A stretch of DNA of 64,000 nucleotides. Origin: a virus. Taxonomy: Duplodnaviria > Caudoviricetes. Every line of letters starts with the position of its first letter. The first letter of the stretch is position 1. The position numbers and the translations under genes are program-made. Below the pieces are notes generated by a model. The model had not been told where the DNA came from. It was given only the letters and a program-made list of their open reading frames with translations, and made no database searches. The stretch lies in the IMG/VR virus record IMGVR_UViG_2907202186_000003, positions 74,081-138,080 of that record; one strand, written 5' to 3'. This document shows positions 26,882-38,035 of the stretch, one piece after another.

Positions 26882-27112
26882 ATGACAAAACACTTTAAAG
26901 AAATGCAGGACATGTACTACGATGGAGACAAAGACTACTATGATGATAGAGATGTTTCACCAGAAATGAAGCAAGGAACCAAAGATTGTATCAAATACAT
27001 AGAAGAAGTAATTGATAATGAAGCTACATGGTTAAAACAAGAAGCACAAAAGAAATATTACCGTGAACCTTATAAATCAGATCCGGAATTTGTGTCTGCT
27101 CTTATTAAGTAA
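26882..27112 (+). CDS. small hypothetical protein upstream of RNAP
   Basis: GAGAGGA RBS. Confidence 0.65.
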   Translation: MTKHFKEMQDMYYDGDKDYYDDRDVSPEMKQGTKDCIKYIEEVIDNEATWLKQEAQKKYYREPYKSDPEFVSALIK

Positions 27113-27148
27113 TTATAATAATATTAAACAATTAAGGAGGACTTATTA

Positions 27149-29719
27149 TTGACTGAACTTCACAAGCCCGTATACATACCCTCCATTGAAGGTAGTGACA
27201 TATACAACCATATGTTCAGGGGTAGAGATTTAGATTTAAAATACATAGGAATGGTTCCATCTAGTCTAGAGTTAAATAAAGTAATTAGCTTAGGATTGAA
27301 GACTACAGCAAAAAAAACTAATGGAAAGCTATTATCAACTGATATTATTAACGTGAAGTTTAAGCAAAAAGTTGACTCAGGTAAGCAGACAATCAAAAAA
27401 ATTGAGTCTAAAATAGAAAACCTGAAAGATAAGCCCGAGTACCGAGAAAAATTAAACGATTTTGTTCAATCAATATTATTAGAGCTAGATCAACCAAAAT
27501 GGATCGGTGTTTCTCAGTCAGACCTCAGAAAGAAGCTTTATAGTGATGGTTTCGTCTTAAACGGAGTAAAATATGTTGTTTATAAACGTTCTAGTGCTAA
27601 ATCAAGAATTGGTCAGTGTCTATTTATCAAAGAAAAGCTTTATGAACCGATGATCAAATGGAGTAGAATGGGCATAGATTTCCGGGATGATAATATTGAT
27701 ATCGACTTCCCCTCCTTACTCGCCTATGAAAGTCTGGTTGGTTCATCTCTAGAGGATACTATACATGTAGATCCAAACAACATTCTGATTATTAGCGACG
27801 TTAAAAGTACTTTCAACAGAATTTCTAATGTAGTTAGAACAGGTTCAGATGGATATCTTGATAGCTTTCTTGAAGAATCGCTAATATCAAACAGTTTATT
27901 TGATGGCGAATCTCTGTTGGAGTCATCTTACTTTCCAGAAGGAAAGTCAATGATGCTGTTACGTAATCACATGTTTAAGAGTGCTGCCTTTAGCTGTAAT
28001 ATACAACGCTTCTTAAGGAATCATTGTCCACTTGGAACCAATTATGACGATTGGGAACTAGAAAGTATGCATTCAGAGAAGATTTTTGCTAAAGATGTTC
28101 ATTTTATTACTACTCCGAGCAGCCTTAAAGCGCTAAAATTCAGCCGCCTCAAGGGATCTGAAAAGAACATGTGGGAGTACTGGAAAAAGATCGTAATTAA
28201 AGATAAATGTTTGTTCGGCGTTTGTAAGAGTGAAAAGAAATCTAAGCGCGGATATGACGATATGGGAAGAGTATTACAGCAGACTAGTTACCAAATGATT
28301 AATTCACTACCAATGACAAGAGAAGACATTAAGAATTTTACGTTTCTCGAAAAAGAATACATAAATAGACTTAAAAACGAAGATGGATTTTTCATTTCAT
28401 ACCTAGAACAAACCAAAAATGACATGAATACCAATAAGATGTTTGTGGATTTATATAGCACCAATCAAGATATTGTTAAAACAAAACTGTTCAAGAACTT
28501 TAGAAAGAAGACCATCTCATCTTATGTCACCCATATTAAAAACGGCAAAGTAAGGCTTAATGGCGACTACTGTGTCATGTTGGGCAATCCCATCGAGTTT
28601 TTGTATCACGCTATTGGAAAGTTAGATACGAGTGAACCGCAATGCGTAGATTTAAACGAAAACGAAGTTCACACAACGCTTTTTGAAGAAACTGAACTAA
28701 GCGGATTTAGAAATCCGCATACTAGTCCGAATAATGTTTTGTTGGTCAAGAATGTTAAAAGTAAATTTATAGACGAATATTTGAATCTTACAGACAATAT
28801 TGTCTGTGTGAATGCAATTAAGTTCCCCTTACAAGACATTCTATCAGGCAGTGACTACGATAGTGATACTGTACTTCTCATTAAGGACGATTGCTTGCTT
28901 AAGTTAACAAAGCATGTATTTGGGAAATACAATGTATGCATCAACAAGGTGTCGAGTAGCAAAAAAAAGTATAAGGTTAACAATGGAGATATGGCTATTA
29001 TCGATAATGAGTTATCAAATAGTCAAAGATACATTGGGCGTACGGTTAATGTTGGACAGCTCTGCATGTCTCGTTATTGGGATATGTTGAATAAAGGGAA
29101 GTCTGAAGAGGAAATCATGGAACTCTTAAAAAAGATTGACGTTGTTACTGTCCTATCAGGTATATGTATCGATCTTGCTAAAAAAATGTTTGATATTGAT
29201 ATCAATAAAGAGATTGATCGAATATCTAAGACAAAAGAACTGCTCAATAAGAAGCCTCTATTTTGGAAATACGTCAGTCAATCAAATGACATTCAGACGA
29301 CAATGTATAATTGTCCAATGGATTTCCTATTCGAAGAAATGGCTCAGTTAAATTATGCAAGTCCTATTGAAGAAGTTCAGTTAATAGATTTACTATTACC
29401 CGGGGAGATTAAAAAAAGCAACAGACGACAAGAAAATAAGATATTAAGCTACGTAGAAACAATGGTAACTAAAATAAATAATACATATTCAAGCAATTTA
29501 TCTGAAGAAGAACGCGACAGGAAGATTGACGATGTAATAAAGTACTATAGATTCTATATTGATAAGATTCAAATTAATGAGTCAACAATGCATTCTCTAC
29601 TCGTTAAAATTTCAAAAAACAAAAAAGACAAGATCGCTTCGAGACTGCTAAATGTCTTGTATTCTTCTCAAAAAGACCTATTTTTAGGTCGTTTTTGCCC
29701 AAAAGTTGCACACTTTTAA
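27149..29719 (+). CDS. yonO: YonO-like single-subunit DNA-dependent RNA polymerase
   Basis: KRSSAKSRIG, FDGESL, LLRNHMFKSA, FRNPH and the metal-binding SGSDYDSD; position at the head of the SPbeta-like late cluster. Confidence 0.88.
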   Translation: MTELHKPVYIPSIEGSDIYNHMFRGRDLDLKYIGMVPSSLELNKVISLGLKTTAKKTNGKLLSTDIINVKFKQKVDSGKQTIKKIESKIENLKDKPEYREKLNDFVQSILLELDQPKWIGVSQSDLRKKLYSDGFVLNGVKYVVYKRSSAKSRIGQCLFIKEKLYEPMIKWSRMGIDFRDDNIDIDFPSLLAYESLVGSSLEDTIHVDPNNILIISDVKSTFNRISNVVRTGSDGYLDSFLEESLISNSLFDGESLLESSYFPEGKSMMLLRNHMFKSAAFSCNIQRFLRNHCPLGTNYDDWELESMHSEKIFAKDVHFITTPSSLKALKFSRLKGSEKNMWEYWKKIVIKDKCLFGVCKSEKKSKRGYDDMGRVLQQTSYQMINSLPMTREDIKNFTFLEKEYINRLKNEDGFFISYLEQTKNDMNTNKMFVDLYSTNQDIVKTKLFKNFRKKTISSYVTHIKNGKVRLNGDYCVMLGNPIEFLYHAIGKLDTSEPQCVDLNENEVHTTLFEETELSGFRNPHTSPNNVLLVKNVKSKFIDEYLNLTDNIVCVNAIKFPLQDILSGSDYDSDTVLLIKDDCLLKLTKHVFGKYNVCINKVSSSKKKYKVNNGDMAIIDNELSNSQRYIGRTVNVGQLCMSRYWDMLNKGKSEEEIMELLKKIDVVTVLSGICIDLAKKMFDIDINKEIDRISKTKELLNKKPLFWKYVSQSNDIQTTMYNCPMDFLFEEMAQLNYASPIEEVQLIDLLLPGEIKKSNRRQENKILSYVETMVTKINNTYSSNLSEEERDRKIDDVIKYYRFYIDKIQINESTMHSLLVKISKNKKDKIASRLLNVLYSSQKDLFLGRFCPKVAHF

Positions 29720-29847
29720 AATGAATATACGTAAAATACCTATATTTAATAAGGATTTTTTGAAGATCTAAAAGGTCTCCATATGATAGGGGTAAAAATC
29801 CTCTATTAAAAAACATATAAATATAAATTCTAAGGGAGAAATATTAC

Positions 29848-30171
29848 ATGAATAAGCAAGATTTGATTAATAATGTTGCAGACAATACCGATTACGCAAA
29901 GAAAGACGTAGAAAATGTAGTGATTGATGTATTTAATCAGATTGCAGAAGCACTCAAAAATGGCGAGGATGTTAATATTGCTGGATTCGGTAAGTTTGAA
30001 TCACGTGAAACGAAAGCTCGAAATGGAATGAATCCAAAACTATTCAAAGAACTTAAAGAACAAGGCGTAGATGAAGTTACCGCTAAACAGCAAGCCGCTG
30101 TTGCAATTGCCGCATCTAGAAAGCCTACCTTCAAGCCAGCAAAAGCACTCAAAGACTCAGTAAAACTATAA
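29848..30171 (+). CDS. HU-like DNA-binding protein (YonN-like)
   Basis: MNKQDLI...GFGKF...ARNGMNP...PTFKPAKALKDSV. Confidence 0.92.
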   Translation: MNKQDLINNVADNTDYAKKDVENVVIDVFNQIAEALKNGEDVNIAGFGKFESRETKARNGMNPKLFKELKEQGVDEVTAKQQAAVAIAASRKPTFKPAKALKDSVKL

Positions 30172-30281
30172 TTTCATTAAGATATACATAGAAAAATCAA
30201 TTCCTTTTAAGTGGTGTAGTCGATTTAGACTATACCTCTTCCCCATTAATAAACATCGAATACTGAAAGGGAGAATCTAAT

Positions 30282-30464
30282 ATGGCTAAAAGTAAAACAA
30301 CGGAATCATATAAAGGTGTTTTCGAATACGAAACTATGGAGCTGACTGAAGAAACAAAAGAAGGCGTATTTATTTATGATATTAAGGAAGCATTAAAACG
30401 TTTTGACGGTAAGAATTTGTCATTTCAGCTGGTTGAAGAGAATCCAGTGCAACCAAAGGAGTGA
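30282..30464 (+). CDS. yonK: YonK-like protein
   Basis: 60 aa MAKS...KG......TEETKE....YD....LK.FDGK; synteny. Confidence 0.7.
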   Translation: MAKSKTTESYKGVFEYETMELTEETKEGVFIYDIKEALKRFDGKNLSFQLVEENPVQPKE

Positions 30465-30468
30465 TTAA

Positions 30469-31677
30469 ATGAACAATACTCCGCAAACAAAAAAGAATAC
30501 TGATGAGAGTATTGAATCATATTTGTATCGTCTTGGTTCAAACAAGGATACATATGGCGTAACCTGGGATGAAATAACTATTCTCATGAACGAAGAATCT
30601 GGAGAATCTTTTTCTGAATCGAAGTGGAGAAAAGACTTCTCATCATTTAAAAGGGGTTATGATTATGCCTCCTCCACTCTATTCGAAGATGAAGTATATA
30701 AGAAATTGACAGATAAAGAGATAGAAATTCAAAAGAAAACTGTTCAATTTCGTGACCAGCGTAGAGAATACAATAAATTAATTAATGAACAAGGTAAGAT
30801 CGATGGAATTAGGGGTATTGTCGTAGAGGCTGCCCACAGACTATCTGAGAATTATCCTCTGTTAGTAACTAATAAACCCAAGAATACATACGATTCAAAT
30901 AAAGAAGCAGCACTCCTTCTATCTGACTGGCATAAAGGATTATTTGCAAACAGTTACTGGAATAAGTTTGATAACAATGAGTTTTACAAAAGAGTTAATA
31001 AAGTTGTAAATAGGACAATTGAAGATGCTAAACGTCATAACGTAAAAACTATTCACGTGTTTTCATTGGGAGACCTAATTAACGGTTGGATTCACACCAC
31101 AACTCGGATTAATAGCGTTGAAGATGTAATAACTCAGACAATGGAAGTGTCTGAATCCATGGCGCAAGTATTACATACTCTTTCCAATGAATTTGAATCG
31201 GTCAAGTTTTATAACTGTCGTGGGAATCATGATCGTGTAACTCCAAACAAAAACGATGAAATTGCAAAAGAGAGTTTCGCTGACATTGTACCTTGGTTCC
31301 TAAAAGCAAGGCTATCGCACTTATCTAATATCGAATTTATTCAAAATACATACGATGACGAAATAATTACAACCGAAATTTGTGGTAAAACTATATTTGC
31401 TGTGCATGGTCATAGGGATAGAGTCGGAAATGTTGTTGAGAATCTTACCTTGATGACAAAACGCATTCCAGATTTTTGCTTTATGGGTCATATTCATCAT
31501 CATGAAGAGAATGAAGTGCATGGCATTGAAATTGTTGTAAACTCAAGTTTGTCTGGTGTGGATGCCTATGCAAAAGAAATAAGAAAAACAAGTAAACCAG
31601 CTCAAAAACTAATTATCTTCGATAACGAAGAAGGCCGATTAGCTACATACAATATCCGCTTAGATGTAAATGTATAG
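30469..31677 (+). CDS. calcineurin-like metallophosphoesterase (YonJ-like)
   Basis: SDWH, LGD, GNHD, HGH, GHIH motifs. Confidence 0.85.
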   Translation: MNNTPQTKKNTDESIESYLYRLGSNKDTYGVTWDEITILMNEESGESFSESKWRKDFSSFKRGYDYASSTLFEDEVYKKLTDKEIEIQKKTVQFRDQRREYNKLINEQGKIDGIRGIVVEAAHRLSENYPLLVTNKPKNTYDSNKEAALLLSDWHKGLFANSYWNKFDNNEFYKRVNKVVNRTIEDAKRHNVKTIHVFSLGDLINGWIHTTTRINSVEDVITQTMEVSESMAQVLHTLSNEFESVKFYNCRGNHDRVTPNKNDEIAKESFADIVPWFLKARLSHLSNIEFIQNTYDDEIITTEICGKTIFAVHGHRDRVGNVVENLTLMTKRIPDFCFMGHIHHHEENEVHGIEIVVNSSLSGVDAYAKEIRKTSKPAQKLIIFDNEEGRLATYNIRLDVNV

Positions 31678-31689
31678 GAGGCATTAATA

Positions 31690-32040
31690 TTGACAGAGGC
31701 AGAGTATCTTCAGGGCGAGCCAGAAAATGAACCCGATAACGACCTCCCTTCTGCGTTTTTATCTGACGAAGATTTACCTTCAAATACAAACGTAGTTATC
31801 ATTCCAAGTTATAAACCAAATATTGAACTTATTTTAGACAACTATGTTGATCAGGTTATCAAAGTTAAAAATAAAGTTCAGCTCAAAGAAGCTCTCTCGT
31901 CAATTTGGAATCACGCCGCGTATCACGGCGCAATTTCCGAACGCTTGGACAAACTCCAGGATGACGTTGAAATGCTGCAAATCGATCTACTGTCAATGGC
32001 TGGTTATGAAATAGAGTTCATTGATGGAGATGAAGGTTAA
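31690..32040 (+). CDS. hypothetical protein
   Basis: AGGAGG RBS. Confidence 0.7.
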   Translation: MTEAEYLQGEPENEPDNDLPSAFLSDEDLPSNTNVVIIPSYKPNIELILDNYVDQVIKVKNKVQLKEALSSIWNHAAYHGAISERLDKLQDDVEMLQIDLLSMAGYEIEFIDGDEG

Positions 32041-32196
32041 AAGTAAAATACAAAGAATTCGTCAGACGATTTTAATGATCGTCTTTTTTGTTGTTTGTAT
32101 TTTTGAAAGGGATTTATCTTTGCAGATATCTAAAACGGGCCACTCCCTCCTGCCCTTTCACTTTTTTTATTCGGGAGTTTATAGGAAGGTGAAATC

Positions 32197-33096
32197 ATGA
32201 AACTTAAACAGCCTGAAAGGGTCGTTTGCCTTAAGTGTGACAAGGCTAAAGCATTGAATAATTATTATGTTAATACCAATCCCCTCTTCTCATCAGATAA
32301 GCTAGCGGTATGCAAAAACTGTATTGTAGATTATATAGGATTAAAAGATTCACCTGGTTATTTAGACAGAATTAAGCTAGTTCTTGCACTTATGAATAAA
32401 CCTTTTATTGAAGAAACATTTGAACGAAGCGAAAGAGATTGGGGTAAGTATATACCTCAGTTGTCGTCTTTACCTAATTACAAAGGTAAAACATTCTCAG
32501 ATAGTGAACAATACGTTAACCAAGTACCTGAGTGCATTGTCTCTACACCCCCAAATTTCACAACCAATGAGGAAACACTGAAAGAATTGATTGATAAATG
32601 GGGAGATTATCCCACAGAGGAAGTTGTCTTATTTGAGAAAAAGTACAAACAACTTAAAGTCAATTATCCTGAAAGAACAGCTATGCATACAGAAGCTTTG
32701 CAGATCTATGTACGCTATCGAGTAAAAGAGGAGTTAGCTACAACGAAGGGTCTCTATAAGGAAGCCGAGGCCTGGGGAAAGCTGGCAAAGGAAGCTGCTA
32801 CGGCTGCTAAAATAAATCCCTCACAACTTTCCAAAGCTGATCTTTCAGATGGCTTAGATAGCTTCTCGCAACTAACGCGAAATGTTGAACAGGCCATCGA
32901 TGTCATTGAGATACTTCCCTATTTCAAGGAAAGACCTCAGGATTCCGTAGATTTCACTATTTGGTGCTATGTAAATTACGTTCGTGATCTCAAGGGTCTT
33001 CCAGTTGCAGACTATAAAGAAATTTATTCATTCTACGAACAGAGAAAAAAGGAATATGATAGATTGACTGAAGGTGAAGATGATGACATCTTATAA
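32197..33096 (+). CDS. Zn-finger protein upstream of terminase (possible small terminase subunit)
   Basis: CLKC...CKNC; overlaps the start of the large terminase. Confidence 0.6.
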   Translation: MKLKQPERVVCLKCDKAKALNNYYVNTNPLFSSDKLAVCKNCIVDYIGLKDSPGYLDRIKLVLALMNKPFIEETFERSERDWGKYIPQLSSLPNYKGKTFSDSEQYVNQVPECIVSTPPNFTTNEETLKELIDKWGDYPTEEVVLFEKKYKQLKVNYPERTAMHTEALQIYVRYRVKEELATTKGLYKEAEAWGKLAKEAATAAKINPSQLSKADLSDGLDSFSQLTRNVEQAIDVIEILPYFKERPQDSVDFTIWCYVNYVRDLKGLPVADYKEIYSFYEQRKKEYDRLTEGEDDDIL

Positions 33097-34837
33097 TAAC
33101 TTTCAATCTAATAGCGCTAAACATACAAAAAATCGATTAGATGTAAGGAATCCCGATTTTAATAACACAGTTGAAATGAAAACTGAAAATCAGATTGATA
33201 ATTTCACAAGAAACTTGAGTAAATATAAAGATTTTGTTAGTTGGTGTAGATGGAATCCAGATCTATGGTATGACTTAATTACTCCAGAAACTGGAGGAAT
33301 AAGACTTGATTTAGATCAGAGAGTGTTCTTACGATCAATAGCAAGATTTCTTTCTACTTATGGAGTTTTTCCACGAGGATATGGAAAAACGCTTATTGAA
33401 GTAATGGGCATGGTTCATGCTGCTATTTTTTATCCAGACATTGAGATCTCTATGACTGCTCAAACTCTACAAAATGCAAGCAGTATTTTCGAAGATAAGT
33501 GGCGAGAGTTAATAAGGTTTTACCCATTATTAAAGAATGAAGTTGCGGGCAATCCTTCTTTCTCAAAAGATAGTGCAGAAGTCAATTTTATTTCTGGAGG
33601 AAGAATTGATGTTCTTGCTAATGCACAAAGCAGCAAGGGGCAGCGACGGAAGAGACTGCAAATCGAAGAATCAGCACTTCTCAATAATGCACTATTTGAA
33701 GACTGTCTTGAACCAATACCCAATGTACCCAGAAGAACCATCGGGAGAGAAGCAGTAATCAATCCTGAGGAATTGAATGGTCAAATCAATTTTTTCACAA
33801 CTTCGGGTTTTAGAGGTTCAGATGAATTCGAAAGAAATTTAAGAATGCTCGATGAAATGGCAGAATTGAAGGGTAAAATGGTGATTGGTTCAGATTGGCA
33901 GCTCGCAGTTAATTATGGTAGAGGTGAACCTAAATCAGCACTACTAGATAAAAAAAGCAAGCTCTCTCCTACCTTCTTTGCTATGAATTACGAGAGTAAA
34001 TGGGTTGGTGCCTCTGATGGAGCAATAGTAAATATTAATAAGGTCATCGACTTAAGAACATTGTCCTCTCCTGAATTCAAAAGTGATGGAAAATCAGAAT
34101 ATGTAATTTCTGTTGACGTGGCGAGATCATCTTCTCAAAACAATAACCAAACTTCAATTTCGATATTAAAAATCAAAAGAAGTAAAGATGGAAAAATTCT
34201 GAAAATTTATTTGGTAAACTTAATAAACCTACCAAATGGTCTTAATTTTAGCGCCCAGGCTATTGAAGTAAAAAGATTGAAATTATTATACGATGCGAAA
34301 ATAGTAGTGGTAGATACCAATGGTGTTGGCGTTGGATTAAAGGATGAACTCCTGAAAGATACAGTAGATCCAATTACGGGTGATAATTTGGGATGTTGGA
34401 ATACAATTAACACCGATGATGATCCTGAGTCAAGCGAATCAGAAAAAATATTATATGCTCTTACCTCCCAAGGAATTAACCACGACATAATTGTTAACTT
34501 CATAGATATGGTGGAGAGTGGGAAACTGCAGCTATTAGTTAAAAATACTAATAATAACTACGATATAAATGACAAGGAACATGTTCGAAAAATATATCCT
34601 CACACCCAGACAGATCTTTTACTTGAGGAAGTAGCAAACTTAAAAATCAAGCAACTTCCCGGTGGTAAGTTCACTGTAGAACAATTAACTAAAAGGGTTG
34701 ATAAGGATAGATATAGTTCTTTAAGTATGGGATTATGGTACATAAAAGCCTTTATGGATAAAACAAGAGAAAAAGTGAATCTTAACCCTCATGACTTTTT
34801 CTTAATGCGTAAGCCTAACATCTATTCAAAGCATTAA
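33083..34837 (+). CDS. terminase large subunit
   Basis: Walker A PRGYGKT; Walker B IEESA; nuclease SVDVAR, VVDTNGVG and KDRYSS. Confidence 0.9.
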   Translation: MTSYNNFQSNSAKHTKNRLDVRNPDFNNTVEMKTENQIDNFTRNLSKYKDFVSWCRWNPDLWYDLITPETGGIRLDLDQRVFLRSIARFLSTYGVFPRGYGKTLIEVMGMVHAAIFYPDIEISMTAQTLQNASSIFEDKWRELIRFYPLLKNEVAGNPSFSKDSAEVNFISGGRIDVLANAQSSKGQRRKRLQIEESALLNNALFEDCLEPIPNVPRRTIGREAVINPEELNGQINFFTTSGFRGSDEFERNLRMLDEMAELKGKMVIGSDWQLAVNYGRGEPKSALLDKKSKLSPTFFAMNYESKWVGASDGAIVNINKVIDLRTLSSPEFKSDGKSEYVISVDVARSSSQNNNQTSISILKIKRSKDGKILKIYLVNLINLPNGLNFSAQAIEVKRLKLLYDAKIVVVDTNGVGVGLKDELLKDTVDPITGDNLGCWNTINTDDDPESSESEKILYALTSQGINHDIIVNFIDMVESGKLQLLVKNTNNNYDINDKEHVRKIYPHTQTDLLLEEVANLKIKQLPGGKFTVEQLTKRVDKDRYSSLSMGLWYIKAFMDKTREKVNLNPHDFFLMRKPNIYSKH

Positions 34838-34849
34838 GGAGGTGATAAA

Positions 34850-36325
34850 TTGTCCCAAGAGATTACTGAAAGACAACAAATGTTAGCAACATTCAAGGAA
34901 ATCGCACTTATTAATCTAAATACAGAAAACGCCTCAAGTCGAGTAGTGGGTACATTCAGCAAAGAGGATATAAAAAAATACTTAAAAGATAAATCGAATA
35001 GTGAAAATCAAAAAAAACTCAGAGAAATCAGCAAGCAGCTCTATTATACCTCATCACAATATCGAAGATTAATCAACTACTACGCAACTCTCTATAATCT
35101 TGATTACGTCATTGAGGGGTTTGGATCTAATCCAGAAAAGATAGACCCAGCAAAGTATAAAAATTTATATATCAAGAATGTTGATTACGTAGAACGTATG
35201 AACATCAAAAATGAATTTACCAAAGCTAGGTTGATTACTTATCGAGACGGAGTATTTTTTGGCTATGCAAGAGTATCTAAAGATGGTTTTTATATACAAG
35301 AATTGAATCCTGATTATTGCCGCTTGTCATTTATAGATGCTACCACAGGCTTGTTGGGATATTCGTTTGATTTCTCAACAATTAACTCAACCAATAAGAT
35401 AGAATCTTATCCAGATGAGTTCCAGCGTATTTATAATGATTTACAAAACAAAAAAGGTAATAAGGATAAAATAGTGAGAATAGAATCTCCATTTGCGATT
35501 TGTTTAAAAGCTAATTCTGACATCTATTCTATCCCTCCCTTTGTTTCATTGTTTGAAGGCCTTCTTGATATAGCAGATTTCAAGGCATTAAATAAAAATA
35601 ATGAGGAAATCGGCAACTATAAACTCCTATTTCAGAAGATACCTATGAGAACGGACAAGGATGCTCAAATAAACTCATTCTTAATTGATAAAGACTTTGC
35701 ACAAGTCTTTCATGACAATATCGAAGAGAACCTTCCTCCGCAAGTTGGTTTGATGACCTCCCCGATGGACATACAGGCGATAAATTTTGATCGCGATTCT
35801 ATTGATAAAAACAAAGTTGGACAAGCAACGAGTCAATATTGGAATGAGGCTGGAGTTTCCGAGTTGCTTTTCAGTTCAAATTCAAACTCAAGCGCAGCAT
35901 TAAAATCCTCAATCATAGCAGATGAGTCCGATTCCTCCATTTTAATCAAGGATATTGAGAGATGGATAAATGAACATCTAAAGGCAACTCAAACAGGTGC
36001 ATATAAGTTTAGGGTTAGAATTCTTGAAACAACCAGACATAATAAGGATGCATATTTGGATAGTAGACTAAAGGCGGCTCAGTTTGGTATGCCTGTCAAA
36101 AATGAGATTATTGCCGTTATGGGGTCTCAACCAAGTTCAATGTATTTGAATACATATCTTGAGAATGAAGTATTAGAATTACCTTTAAAACTCGTACCGT
36201 TGCAATCAAGCCATACGACCTCGGGAGATCCAAATAAGAAAAATGGTGCTCCAACAAAGAATGAGACCGATCTTACAGATAAAGGGTTGCAAACAAAAGA
36301 TTTAGAAAGCAACTCTGCAGGGTAA
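34850..36325 (+). CDS. portal protein
   Basis: Position after the terminase, 491 aa, SPbeta YonE-like synteny. Confidence 0.75.
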   Translation: MSQEITERQQMLATFKEIALINLNTENASSRVVGTFSKEDIKKYLKDKSNSENQKKLREISKQLYYTSSQYRRLINYYATLYNLDYVIEGFGSNPEKIDPAKYKNLYIKNVDYVERMNIKNEFTKARLITYRDGVFFGYARVSKDGFYIQELNPDYCRLSFIDATTGLLGYSFDFSTINSTNKIESYPDEFQRIYNDLQNKKGNKDKIVRIESPFAICLKANSDIYSIPPFVSLFEGLLDIADFKALNKNNEEIGNYKLLFQKIPMRTDKDAQINSFLIDKDFAQVFHDNIEENLPPQVGLMTSPMDIQAINFDRDSIDKNKVGQATSQYWNEAGVSELLFSSNSNSSAALKSSIIADESDSSILIKDIERWINEHLKATQTGAYKFRVRILETTRHNKDAYLDSRLKAAQFGMPVKNEIIAVMGSQPSSMYLNTYLENEVLELPLKLVPLQSSHTTSGDPNKKNGAPTKNETDLTDKGLQTKDLESNSAG

Positions 36326-36339
36326 GGAGGTGAAATTAT

Positions 36340-37950
36340 ATGTATGAAAAAATGTTGCGTTTTGATGTTCATATCTCTGATGTAGAAAAAATCAATCCTC
36401 TCTTTTCTAAATGTAAGATCCGCGTATTGTATGCAGGTCTCAACAGAAATAATTCATACTTATCTCGCAAATCAATTGAAGAGGCATTGCCATCTATGTT
36501 TAATATCCCTATTGTTGGCGAGTTTGAGCAAGAAACAGAAAACTTTGGTGGGCATGGTGGTGCAATCGATGTGTCAGGAGATAAGCCCAAATGGATCAAT
36601 ACTACCGTTCCTTATGGATTAGTTCCTGAAAGTGCAAACATATATTGGGAAGAAGTCGAAGAAAAAGATGGTTCCATTAATGAATATCTGGTTGTAGATA
36701 ATGCGTTTTTATGGACTGGTCGCTACCCAGAAGCACAAATGTTGATCGGGCAGCAGTTCAATCAATCAATGGAGATTGAAATCCAAAAAGGAAATTATTC
36801 AAATATTAATGGACAAAAGACGTATGAAGTAGAAAAATTCCTCTTCTCCGCTTTGTGTATTTTAGGCATCGACAAGGAATCCGATCCCAGTGGGCACGTT
36901 GAGCCATGTTTTGAATCAGCTTCGATTGTTGCATATCAACTAGATAAAGATAAGTTTAAAGATGATTTTCAAAGAATGTTAAAAGAGCTCAAATTTTCGT
37001 TAAATGAATCATCCTCTTCTGAGGTTAAAATAAATGATTCGCAAGGAGGAAATAAAGTGGAAGAAATTCTAAAAATGCTGGAGCCTTACAGTTTGACATT
37101 GGAGGACTTGCAAGCGAAAGGAATTAACCACGAAGACTTCTCTCTTGAGGAACTTGAAGACAAGGTAAAGACTGAATTTACAGTTGCAGATGAAGGATCT
37201 CCATCTGAAAATAAAACGCCTAATACTTTTACACTTACTGGTTCTCAATTGTTTGAAGAAGTTAGTCGTGAAATTTCTAATTTCGGCAGCATTGTCGATG
37301 AATATTGGGGATTCGAGTATCCTAAGTATGCTCTTGTAGATATTGATACCGAAAAATCCCATGTAATTGCTTATGATTATGAAAAATGGTATACCGTTGG
37401 TTTCTCCTACTCCGTAACAGGTGATAAGGTATCTATTGATCAAGCATCCATGCAGCGATTCAAAGTTAATTATGTTCCAATGGATCTATCTACTGAATCC
37501 CCTACCCTATTCAGTGAGTCTATTAAGAATTTTGCTAATCAAATTAAGTCTCACTCTGAAGAAAGAACAAAGAATAGGTTCGAATCGCAATTATCTGATA
37601 AAGACCAAGAGATTGAATCTTTGAACCAGACCTATAAGCAATTGCAAGAAGAATTCTCTAAAGTCTCTTCGGAGTATTCCACAAAACTCCAAAAGGAACG
37701 CGAGGATGTTGAAAATGCCCTTTTCTCTTCTTTCGCAAATGAATTGTCCGAAGAAGAGATGAAGCCTGTTAAAGAATCAAAGGAACAGTTCACACTTGAA
37801 CAAATTGAAGAAAAACTCTTCACACTAGTTGGTAAGAAAAAAGCAAAACTTAATTTTAGCATCGAGACTAAACCAGTTATCGACATTGAAATAAAGAATG
37901 AAAAAGTCAAAAAGTCTGGGAAGTCTTATGATGTTCTGTTTGAAGACTAA
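36340..37950 (+). CDS. prohead protease/scaffold (YonD-like)
   Basis: N-terminal PIVG...HG...QSMEI...LCILG...PCFE domain with an acidic coiled-coil C-terminus. Confidence 0.7.
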   Translation: MYEKMLRFDVHISDVEKINPLFSKCKIRVLYAGLNRNNSYLSRKSIEEALPSMFNIPIVGEFEQETENFGGHGGAIDVSGDKPKWINTTVPYGLVPESANIYWEEVEEKDGSINEYLVVDNAFLWTGRYPEAQMLIGQQFNQSMEIEIQKGNYSNINGQKTYEVEKFLFSALCILGIDKESDPSGHVEPCFESASIVAYQLDKDKFKDDFQRMLKELKFSLNESSSSEVKINDSQGGNKVEEILKMLEPYSLTLEDLQAKGINHEDFSLEELEDKVKTEFTVADEGSPSENKTPNTFTLTGSQLFEEVSREISNFGSIVDEYWGFEYPKYALVDIDTEKSHVIAYDYEKWYTVGFSYSVTGDKVSIDQASMQRFKVNYVPMDLSTESPTLFSESIKNFANQIKSHSEERTKNRFESQLSDKDQEIESLNQTYKQLQEEFSKVSSEYSTKLQKEREDVENALFSSFANELSEEEMKPVKESKEQFTLEQIEEKLFTLVGKKKAKLNFSIETKPVIDIEIKNEKVKKSGKSYDVLFED

Positions 37951-38035
37951 ATCTTAAAACGTTACTCAATTATTAAATACACCAAAATGGTGTGTTTTTT
38001 ATTTTCTTTTAAAAACAAGGAGGATTTTATAAATT

